In this document: positions 10,971 to 42,434 of the stretch, piece by piece
How positions within the stretch are numbered: the first letter of the stretch is position 1
How the letters are laid out: each line of letters opens with the position of its first letter
DNA from: Macrostomum lignano
Lineage: Eukaryota
Length of the DNA: 42,434 nt
Reading direction: 5' to 3'
Assembly (NCBI GenBank): GCA_002269645.1
Contig: NIVC01001191.1
Span: 1-42,434 of the forward strand
The notes under the pieces: generated by a model
The model's input: only the letters and a program-made list of their open reading frames with translations
Told to the model about the DNA's origin: nothing
The model's database searches: none
Translations under genes and position numbers: made by a program

Positions 10971-12292
10971 ATGCAGCTGGCAAATTTCATTGCAGCAGTG
11001 GCGGGCGCAGCGGCCGTTCTTGCTGTGCAACCAGCGACTGCCGATAATGAAATTTTCATCCTGGACTCGAGTGACAGGCTCGCCCACGCCGACTCTCAGC
11101 ACGTTAAGTAAGAGAGCTTCGACTACTAGTTGATTATGTGGTAGCTGTTTTGCGTGTGCGTGTGTAACCATCGCCCAGTTCGCCGAGTCGCCGTGGCGGA
11201 GGAATTCGGCGACCTCCACGCGCCGCCGCCAGAGATCGGCAACTTCAAGATCAGATGGATTAACTGAGGAGCAGAACAGATGCGCGGCGGCCTCACAGGC
11301 CGAGCAAATGTCCTGGATCGAAGGGTCCAGACGGTGTCGGTAGCTGGCGAGAAGCATAGAATAACCGCTCCTCAGCTGAGCAAGCCGCGTGCACACACGT
11401 CTGGGGAGCTTGAATTCATTCGTTCTCACTGATGTCCGGTCAGACTCCAACCCCTTTGTTGGGTCGAAACACGCTTTTTGTGTTAAAACACGCTGCGGAG
11501 ACAAGAGACTTCATAAACCTTCCTTAGCAACACCTCACCGCGACGTCGCAAAAGTGACCAATCGAACAAAGGTTCATGATGGAGCTGCAGTATCGCTTGG
11601 TTCCATAGTACGCTTGTACCAGAAAATCAGGACTCGATTTCCTAAGTAACGACCAGGGAAGCTCAGTACTCGGAAGTACCCACATCAGTTTGGGGCTTTT
11701 GCACGAAAATTAACCCCGAGGCTTGTCGTGCTTTTCACCACCTCCATGAAGGCCAACCCCTAAGGCCCAGAGTGTGTGCATGTGAGAAAGTTGTGCGTGT
11801 TCCGGTGTCAGTAAAAATGTGTAGCTGCTTGCCTCCTAGCGTGCTGTGAGTTGACTGTCGAACTGACCCATCAAACTAACCAACTAACGATTGTGAGAGC
11901 CAATCTCGACATTCGTCTGTGATGTATCTGCGAGCCTTTGTGATTGCTGTGGAACGGTGTCACGAAAGGCCTTGAGCCAGAGTATCCAACGCTCTGCCAC
12001 TACACATATCATACATTACATGTAAGATAAACTCTGCCTTCAACACGCGCATCCCCGCAGGCGGCAGATGCAGCTGCAGTACCTGAACCTTAACTGTCAG
12101 TCGGATATCGAGTGCGGCAGCTACCTCTATTGCAACCAGAGGAGAAAGCGGTGCTGCGCCCCGCACGGTGTCAACTGCGTGAGCCACCTGGACTGCTGCC
12201 AGGCAGCCAGGCACACCTGTCGCCCGGTTGACGACGTCACGGTGAACCGGCTGTGCGTGCTGGGCAGGCACGTGGGTCGGAGGCATCCTTAG
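10971..12292 (+). CDS. Secreted cysteine-rich (10 Cys, knottin/ICK-like) propeptide, 2 exons, 122 aa
   Basis: Exon 1 10971-11107 encodes a signal peptide (MQLANFIAAVAGAAAVLAVQPATA) and pro-region, donor AA|GTAAGA phase 2. Exon 2 12061-12292 follows a ccccgcAG acceptor in phase 2. Splicing creates a KR site. AATAAA near 12400. Confidence 0.75.
11125..11490 (-). mobile_element. Degenerate 3' fragment of a non-LTR retrotransposon (LINE) ORF2 in the peptide-gene intron
   Basis: - strand peptide NEFKLPRRVCTRLAQLRSGYSMLLASYRHRLDPSIQDICSACEAAAHLFC...DLWRRRVEVAEFL matches the post-RT C-terminal LPR..LAQLRSG..CxxC..HLF region of invertebrate LINEs (RTEX-like from memory). Confidence 0.75.
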
Positions 12293-12384
12293 GGCGAATG
12301 TCTACGATAGACTGACAAAATGATAAAATTAAATAGACAAAAGGAGACATCCGAAAAAAATGGTCAGAGACTAATAGTCCATGG

Positions 12385-12410
12385 CTTATTTATTAAACAA
12401 ATAAAATATT
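12385..12410. terminator. Back-to-back polyadenylation signals for convergent transcripts
   Basis: ttatttattaaacaaataaaat contains AATAAA on the + strand and TTTATT (AATAAA on the - strand). Confidence 0.4.
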
Positions 12411-12602
12411 TACTTTTTCTGCCCATTCAATCGTCAACTAAAATGACGAGATTAACTTATGACTGTGGACCGGGATAGTGTAACTAATAAAACAGAAGCA
12501 GATTGACCCACCCAGAGTCGATGCAGGGTTGAGACAACAAGACGCGCGGCACCCGATGTGCAGAAGAAGTGCAAAGTCAATGTCACAGATGAGCTTTGCT
12601 GT

Positions 12603-13427
12603 CTAGCCCTCAAGGGTGGAGTTGAGTTCAAGCTCGACCGCATCGGAACTAGAAGCTTGAATACCGACTCTCGCCCAGAGCACGATCAAGGCGATCAGGA
12701 GTCCTGCCGTGACCGCCACTGCCGCCAACGTGGCCACTCTCACAGCCCCGCTGTCCTCGAGTAGGTGCTCGGCATGGTGCTCCATGGAACAGTTGTTGAT
12801 TGCGACAGAAATCTTCCTCCAGTGACAGCAGTGGCTGCGGCGTCGGCGACAGGCCTCAAGCGTTGGTCTGATTCGAAAGCAGACCTTGCTCTTGAGCCTG
12901 ATGACGTGAGGTTGAGAATCAGCTGTCGGTACAGGTTGAGACACGTACTGATACGTGATCGGTACAGGTTGAGACACTATCGGTACAGGTTGAGACACTG
13001 TCGGTACAGGTTGAGACACTCGGTACGGTACCGGTTGAGACACTGTCGGTACAGGTTGAGACACTGTCGGTACAGGTTGAGACACTGTCGGTACCGGTTG
13101 AGACACTGTCGGTACCGGTTGAGACACTGTCTGTACAGGTTGAGACACTGTCGGTACAGGTTGAGACACTATCGGTACAGGTTGAGACACTGTCGGTACA
13201 GGTTGAGACACTGTCGGTACAGGTTGAGAATCAACAATTTTATGCTTAGATTGTACCTGTGATGATTTATATTCCATGGTTTCAGGCTGAGGCACTGCTC
13301 CTACAGTCATGGATTCCTTTGAATTTAGTTGAACTATTGTTGCTACCGGAGTCTCTGGACGGTCATACAGAGGCTGGACGCTGGGCCGACGGAACAGCGA
13401 CCGCCGAATATGAAGCACCTGCCTCAT
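12603..13427 (-). CDS. Possible membrane protein with (SQPVPTV)n mucin-like repeat and a C-terminal TM helix, 274 aa
   Basis: Continuous ORF with hydrophobic VATLAAVAVTAGLLIALIVLW. Repeat indels preserve the frame. No signal peptide, and the repeat could instead be intronic. Confidence 0.4.
   Translation of the reverse strand: MRQVLHIRRSLFRRPSVQPLYDRPETPVATIVQLNSKESMTVGAVPQPETMEYKSSQVQSKHKIVDSQPVPTVSQPVPTVSQPVPIVSQPVPTVSQPVQTVSQPVPTVSQPVPTVSQPVPTVSQPVPTVSQPVPYRVSQPVPTVSQPVPIVSQPVPITYQYVSQPVPTADSQPHVIRLKSKVCFRIRPTLEACRRRRSHCCHWRKISVAINNCSMEHHAEHLLEDSGAVRVATLAAVAVTAGLLIALIVLWARVGIQASSSDAVELELNSTLEG
12921..13230 (+). repeat. 21-bp tandem repeat (ctgtcggtacaggttgagaca), about 14 copies
   Basis: Directly visible; one 24-bp and one 33-bp variant unit. 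Confidence 0.95.
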
Positions 13428-13913
13428 TGTCGATTAGGATGAGCACCAAGTTCATTAGTGCCTAAATATGAGTACTATACTCAGACATAGTGGTTTTATA
13501 GGCTGAACAGTGAGATGCCCCATCGCTCCATCGCTTTGGAGACCAGGCCGCGGGGTCAATAAATTTTATTATTTATATTATATTTATTTTATTATTACAT
13601 GCGATGGTGGCATGTAAAAGGCGTGAAAGCTGCGCGTTGACTGCCGCTGGTCACGCAAGATCAACTATAGATCAGTGTGCTTACTGAGTAGGCTAAGCCT
13701 TACTATGGAACATGATTTTTAGTATGATAATTTAGACAGCGACTCAATCACTAGCTACTTCAATGATCAAAAAGTAGTTTCGTATAGAAAGTCCGCTGAA
13801 CTCATAAAATCATTTCTGACCAGCAAGTGCTGTTGAACATTTTGGATAATAAAAAATCTGTGTAATACGATTGTATACATATAAAAACGAAAGTAGAATT
13901 CCTATTTTTATTA

Positions 13914-14515
13914 TACTTTTTTGCGATTGAATTCGTCCAAACTCCAAAACCTTTCGTCCACTAACGCTTTCTTAATGGGAGCTAAATTTAGATCATACCA
14001 AAGACAACTGTGTTCACGCAAAACGGTTCATCCAGTTTGTAAAACATTTCGTCTAAACCCTTCGTCCAAACAGCTGGAAGCTTCTCAATGCGCCCGGTTT
14101 GAACGTAGGTGTCGAAAATCGTTTTGGCTGTCTTTCTCTTGATCCCAAGGATATCGGCCAGTTGTTTCCAATCGCGGCCTTCTTCAACAGCCAAGGCTAA
14201 TCGCCTGCGGTCTTCGTTTGACACTGGATGGTAGGGGCCTCGGTTCATCTTCGACTGTTTTGCCGGGTTCAGAATGGAAGATATGCGTTGCTGTAGCTGT
14301 AGTGGTAGCAAAAGCGAACTGTCAATTGGGTGTTAACTATGGTAGGAACAGTACACTCGGTCTCTAGTCTAGGGGACGAAATGTTTTACAAACTGGATGA
14401 ACCGTTTTGCGTGAACACAGTTGTCTTTGGTATGATCTAAATTTAGCTTCCATTAAGAAAGCATCTGTGGACGAAAGGTTTTGCAGTTTGGACGAATTCA
14501 CTCGCAAAAAAAGTA
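13914..14515 (-). mobile_element. Internally deleted Tc1/mariner-superfamily DNA transposon, about 140-bp TIRs, TA-flanked, retaining the transposase N-terminal HTH
   Basis: 13914-14053 is inverted at 14375-14515, with TA on both sides. The - strand ORF from 14248 reads MNRGPYHPVSNEDRRRLALAVEEGRDWKQLADILGIKRKTAKTIFDTYVQTGRIEKLP (Tc1-like HTH) and then runs into the TIR. No DDE domain. Confidence 0.85.
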
Positions 14516-14750
14516 TATTTAAGCTTCATCAGCCACTACCACTAACGTCCCACGCAGAAATGACATTTCTGCTCGCCCTCAAAAAATGGTGGGAATATTT
14601 ATCCCATAGACCTTGTGAGGGTATAAAGAAGGAAAGGCAGAATCACAAGGACTATGGGATGGGCATATAGTTTTCATCCACTTCCGCAGTTGAGCAATTG
14701 ATAATAAATTTTAGCCGACTGAAGTCAGAAACCGCTGAAACAGGTAAAAA

Positions 14751-16826
14751 ATGGCAGCTGTGGCAGCAGCAGCAACAGCGGCTGCAGACAGCAGCGACGA
14801 ATCTCCCAGCAACTACAGTTCAAACATTGTAAAGCAATTGCCGTACAACCGATTGCCGGATGGAACTGTGCTCACACTGGACAAGAAAAGAGCCTCATTA
14901 GGAGATGAGGACACTGCTTTGGTTGCCGCCGTGTTCGCAGTCTTGCTGGTTGTCCTCATTCTGATCTACTTTGCCCTGTTCCTCTACCAGCGGATTCGGT
15001 ATCCACTGAATACACCGCAAGAGGAGCTGGAATATGGTGGCATGGAGACCAGATGTGAGTTTTTTACGCCTACTCTAACTCTGTATTCTCTAGATTTATA
15101 GATATTCATTTGTGTAATGAATTACATCGTCTATTGATAGCCTAAAGTATTTGCTACCACTTTTCTTGAAAGAGTCGACACCTCCTCTAGAACCTGTAGA
15201 ACCTTCAATGACCTCAACTGGTACGAGGGAAAAATCTTTGATATAGAAATCATAGGAGAGTGGTGCGATTCATTGAAACTAATGAATACTCGCAAAACAA
15301 GCCTGCCATGCAATTGGCGCGTGATTCAAGGTCACTCGCCTCAATAGTTTGTACATGCACGGGGACCTATCTGTGCTAAAAATAGCATCGAACTGCGTGA
15401 GTCACCGTTTACAAGTACACTCACGGGGCAGAGTACATATTCGGAGCGCGGGAAAGTGAGTGATGAGTCATCCTGCTTTATCCTCCTGTTTTAGTCCCCC
15501 AATGTTCCGCGGGCGAAGGAGTGAGTTTAAGTCCTTGCGCAGTGTAGATCTCACCATAAGATTAAGCTGCAAAAGTAGCACCACACACTACCTCAAGTAG
15601 GAACGCAAGAATGCAAGCATATGGATCCAATAACTCTCCAGATAAACCGCCTGAGAGTGTGAACCAAGTCATCACCAAGGATGAACTGTTGGGCAAGAGC
15701 AGTCTCATGGATGCCACGAACGAGAAAACTGAAACCGGCCAGATTTATCAGAAGGCTGAACTCGATCGGGCCGAACCTAAACGGGAGGTTCCGTCAGATG
15801 CGCCATCGGACGCTGTGAGATGGTGTTTTCTTTACGCATGGTGCAGGCAAAGGCTAACTAGCCTCTTCACACTCTGGGAATATGGGGCCCTGCTTAGCGA
15901 AAATAAATTCAGTCTTGACAGGTCAATCACGATCACTTCACAGCCTGGGTGGAGTAAATGTTCGCAGGAGGGCTGTGGGGCACCCTCTGGCGCAACGCCT
16001 TCGGCGACATACGCAGACACGAACTCATACACACGCTCACACAGGGTGAGCAGCAGCTCTGACTAACCGTCAGGCATGTACACTCTCTGTGCCTGGGGGG
16101 CTGCCCTCATGGGTTGGCACGACAACCCCCGGCCAATTTTTGTGTAGATGAATGCGATTTTTTTCCAGTCCGAAGAGACAAGCGAGAGTGTCCGAGCGAG
16201 GCCTGAATTCTCGACTAGAGAAGATGTCAATGAAGTCGAAGACGTGCCTGAGTAAGTAGAGCCCCTGAAAATCAAAAATTGTTTTGTTAACTTTTGTTTT
16301 AAAAAGCATATCAATCCGATATTACACAGAAAAACTAAATTGTGTGCTTAACTATTCGAATTCTAACTTTCACGAAAGATATTTTCGAATGCATTTCAAA
16401 ACAAACTTTCGCCTTACGAATCCAACCACTGACCCGACAGAATCTTCAGGAAAATAAGCATGCCATCGTCTGACCGCGGGCGCGTCCGACTCAGCACCGA
16501 TGCACCGCGAGCGGCATTCGACGACCCCAACGTGAGTTTGAGCACAGTTTATTCCTGTCGATTCTTAGAAAGAAAGCAACTTAAAAAAATGAAGTAGTCC
16601 TTCTACCGGAGGTCATTGTGTGGCAAAGCAAAAAAGCCACATTGAAAATGAAAATTTGCAGAGCAAAGGGTTGCACCGGCCGAGACGACAAGACGACAAG
16701 AAGCGGACTCAATACCTGACCGAGTACGCCGAAGCCTACCGGCTCAGCATCAGGCGCGAGGGCCGGGTGACCGGGCAGCAGAAGATGGCCCCTCTGACCG
16801 ATTATAACAAATATTTCTGGAAATAA
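14751..16826 (+). CDS. Uncharacterised single-pass membrane protein, 6 exons, 294 aa
   Basis: Exons 14751-15054, 15642-15814, 15968-16045, 16169-16251, 16450-16531 and 16662-16826. All GT-AG, phases 1,0,0,2,0 compatible, 885 nt open to TAA. TM ALVAAVFAVLLVVLILIYFALFLY. Confidence 0.8.
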
Positions 16827-17250
16827 ATAACCGATGAAGAACATTATTTGTAACTATTTTTGTCATTTAAATGTCTAATATTTTGTTTACTAAATGTACA
16901 GCAGATATGTAAGACCCTGTATCAACAAAATTACAGTACAATTACCGGTACTGCAATGCACGTACAAATTTAACTTTGCGGTGATGCATTGGCTTTGCGG
17001 TTGTTTCTTTTTTAAACAACAGCAGCAACAACGACACTTCAGGTTCAGTAAAGATATGGCAGCAAAGGGTGCGCCCACAGAATACACAGAATACAGTATA
17101 TTCTGTGGGTGCGCCTCTGACAGAAATCGTGGTGCAAAGTCTGGGTAAACTCGTATCTGCCAGAGTGTAGTTCAGTATGAGCATATTTCAGAGCACACGT
17201 ACTCCAAGCAGAATATGTATAAGCAAGCTAAGCAATTAATTGTCTGCTCC

Positions 17251-17765
17251 TCAGCTCCGGTCCTCAGCTGATGCTGTCATCCGCCCCCCACTCCCCAGCT
17301 CCGGTCCTCAGCTGATGCTGTCATCCGCCCCCTACTCCCCAGCTCCGGTCCTCAGCTGATGCTGTCATTCGCCCCCCACTCCCCAGCTCCGGTCCTCAGC
17401 TGATGCTGTCATCCGCCCCCCTACTCCCCAGCTCCGGTCCTCAGCTGATGCTGTCATTCGCCCCCCACTCCCCAGCTCCGGTCCTCAGCTGATGCTGTCA
17501 TCCGCCCCCTACTCCCCAGCTCCGGTCCTCAGCTGATGCTGTCATCCGCCCCCTACTCCCCAGCTCCGGTCCTCAGCTGATGCTGTCATCCGCCCCCTAC
17601 TCCCCAGCTCCGGTCCTCAGCTGATGCTGTCATCCGCCCCCTACTCCCCAGCTCCAGTCCTCAGCTGATGCTGTCATCCGCCCCCTACTCCCCAGCTCCG
17701 GTCCTCAGCTGATGCTGTCATCCGCCCCCTACTCCCCAGCTCCGGTCCTCAGCTGTCATCCGCCT
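17251..17765 (+). repeat. 44-bp minisatellite (cagctccggtcctcagctgatgctgtcatccgccccctactccc), about 11.5 copies
   Basis: Directly visible and highly homogeneous. Confidence 0.95.
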
Positions 17766-18534
17766 GCTACTTCCCAATTTCATTCCTTCAACCCTCTGCA
17801 ATTATTTCTACGAGGATCGAGTCGCATAAGTCTATCTGGCAAAAGTCAGCTGAAGTCTCAGAGGACAGTGCATTGATAGAACGCCAGCTTCGCCGCAACG
17901 CATGGGCAAAGCCCCAACTGCGGGGAGATGGGATAAGAATTTTGGCCCGAAGGCGGGGAGCGGACGAATGGGGAACAAGAGCTAGTGAAGAGAGATGGGT
18001 GGGAACAAGTGATGGAGATTTGAGAGCTGGGGATGCTGGGAAAATATTCTCCCATTGCTAGCCAACCCTAAACCTCCTTCGGGAGCCTCTTCTAAGGCTG
18101 ATTTATTCATACTTTCGGCATTGAGTGGGGGATTTTCTCGCAGCACTCAGCCGCATTCTCAGATTTCCCGGCCAAACTCTTCTTCTAGCGCCACTTTCCG
18201 CTCCTCTTTTCTTTTCTCGATTCTCTCTTATCCGCCTCCCAGGCAGCGGCGACTGCGGGCTGGCCAATTAAAACTCCATTAACCCTCTGGGGCCTTCATC
18301 TCCCGGACCGCTCGGACCCGGCACCTTGGCTGCCGAGCGGCGGGCGAATCGCGAATTCCCATACGCTAAGCTGCATCCTCGCTTAGCCCCTCTCCCCCGG
18401 CCTCTCTCTCTCTTTCTCTCACTATCGCGGTCTGGTGACCGATAAAATTTCCCAACTCCCAGCTTGCATCCCGGACGTAGACCAAGGCAGCTTGAAAGTT
18501 CCCAATCTGTCTGGCATCCCCCACTGCTGTAGCC

Positions 18535-40767
<22,233 letters not shown>

Positions 40768-40883
40768 CAGTCAGATAGGATACTACAGTTTATAATTTTG
40801 CTAAATTATTTTAACTACTACACGCTACTAACAGTACTTATTCAAACAAATTCTATGCGGGAAATTTTAAACTACTAACTAAT

Positions 40884-40897
40884 ACAATAAAATAAAC
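40884..40897 (+). terminator. Polyadenylation signal(s) of the THSD7-like gene
   Basis: acaataaaataaac, about 120 nt after the stop codon. Confidence 0.5.
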
Positions 40898-41074
40898 CGT
40901 GTTTTGAGCTTGTTAAAAAATAAGGCTTTTTATTAAAGTCCATCAAACTGTCGGTCCTATAATTAACTTTCAGCTTGGTGTACTTTAGCCGCATGTACGA
41001 GTACACAAGTGTTTCAGCTTGAGCAACTCGCCTTCAGACTAAATATGTTTTGGTTTGGTAATGAAGAGTGTGCA

Positions 41075-41327
41075 GAGGAGTGAGGTGGGTGTGTGAGTGT
41101 GGTGAGTGCAGGAGTGAGGTGGGTGTGGGAGTGAGGTGGGTGCGGGAGTGAGGTGGGTGTGGGAGTGAGGTTGGGTACGGGAGTGAGATGGGTGAAGGAG
41201 TGAGGTGGGTGTGGGAGTGAGGTGGGTGCAGGAGTGAGGTGGGTGCAAGGAGTGAGGTGGGTGTGGGAGTCAGGTGGGTGTGGGAGTGAGGTGGGTGAAG
41301 GAGTGAGGTGGGTCTAGGAGTGAGGTG
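41075..41327 (+). repeat. 17-bp G-rich minisatellite (ggagtgaggtgggtg(t/c)(g/a)), about 15 copies
   Basis: Directly visible. Confidence 0.92.
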
Positions 41328-41994
41328 AATTTCGTGTGTTCTTGCTGACGAATTTGTTCATTACTGAAAAAGAATAGGACAGACTATACATGCCTTGTTT
41401 GCTTGGATAGACAAAAAATAGTTATACGAAAACATCGGGGCCTACTGACAATAGGCAATTACAAGACATTTACTTTTATTTAGGGAGTTTGCGCGGAAAA
41501 ATAACTTTTCTCTTTTCGCTGTTCGTACAAATAACAAGCTAGCTATTGAATTTTTTTACGTTATAAAATCAGTACGTCATAAATTGCAGATGCCACAGAG
41601 CGATCATAAATCACTTTGATTTTTCACGCAATTATCTGGTGTGTTAAAATTCTAAAATTTTTGCTGAAGCAACAGTTCACCAGACGACACCAGACAAGAC
41701 AAAGTGAGTTGAAACAAATACGAACTTGAAACTAATTCTATGAAATTAACTTAGTCAAACATATCTGAAAATTTCCTTGTTGCCCTAATCAGAAAAACAT
41801 TACAATAATTCAATGCAAAATACAAAATCTAAACAGATCACGTTAGTGCACAAAACATAATTTTAAAATATATTTGACTTGGATAGCTCTGAGTTTGTGC
41901 AGTAACGCGCGAATTATTTTTTATTGTTCTGCATGTCTTGCTTTTAGTTTACTGCGTTCAACTGCGACACGGTAAGGTTTCGGGGAGTAGGGAC

Positions 41995-42193
41995 ATATGG
42001 GGATGAGTGGAGACAGGTAGGGACAGGTGGGGACAGGTAGGGACAGATGGGGACAGCTGGGGACAGCTGGGGATGAGTGGGGACAGGTAGGGACAGGTGG
42101 GGACAGGTGGGGATGAGTGGAGACAGGTAGGGACAGGTGGGGACAGGTGGGGACAGGTGGGGACAGGTGGGGACAGGTGGGGACAGGTGGGGA
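41995..42193 (+). repeat. 10-bp G-rich repeat (ggggacaggt), about 20 copies
   Basis: Directly visible. Confidence 0.92.
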
Positions 42194-42434
42194 AAGCTGG
42201 GCAAGCACAAGACAGACACGAACGTGGACCGGACTGCACTGAACACGGGGATGGCGAGTCGGCAACAAGCAACAATTGAACTCCTGACCGAGCCTGACCA
42301 AACGACTGCTCCCTGCTTTTGGTCAGGCCTGGAATCGGAAATGCCGGGTCATTTGACGCCCGGCATGCCGCACAATGGCCATCGAGGACAGGCAGTTGAA
42401 AGCGATCTGGCCGCCGCTGGTGGACACGATGCAG

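Noticed and set aside
42230-42434. GC-rich, possibly coding sequence at the window end
   Set aside because: Truncated by the window edge. Several frames on both strands are open and none is recognisable, so strand and product cannot be called.

Overview
Repeat-rich, intron-containing animal genomic DNA read with the standard code. GC-rich exons sit in AT-rich introns filled with minisatellites; this style resembles free-living flatworms such as Macrostomum, but that attribution is inference only. Manual splice and phase reconstruction supports four + strand genes: (1) a 5-exon Shaw/Kv3-like voltage-gated K+ channel subunit (2968-9198) with an atypical S6 gate (TVP), a charge-poor S4 and a Gly/CxxC-expanded turret; (2) a 2-exon, 122-aa secreted 10-Cys knottin-like propeptide (10971-12292); (3) a 6-exon orphan single-pass membrane protein (14751-16826); (4) a 17-exon THSD7A/B-like type I membrane protein of about 1715 aa (18535-40767). 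A possible - strand mucin-repeat TM ORF lies at 12603-13427. The Kv and THSD7 frames break at short G runs that are each one base short, most likely long-read assembly errors. Mobile DNA comprises an internally deleted Tc1/mariner element, a hAT MITE with a perfect 8-bp TSD inside a satellite, a second MITE, a tRNA-derived CORE-like SINE and a LINE 3' relic. About 25 different tandem arrays cover roughly a quarter of the window, and several have 14/21/28-bp units. Most long ORFs in the supplied track are repeat artefacts.
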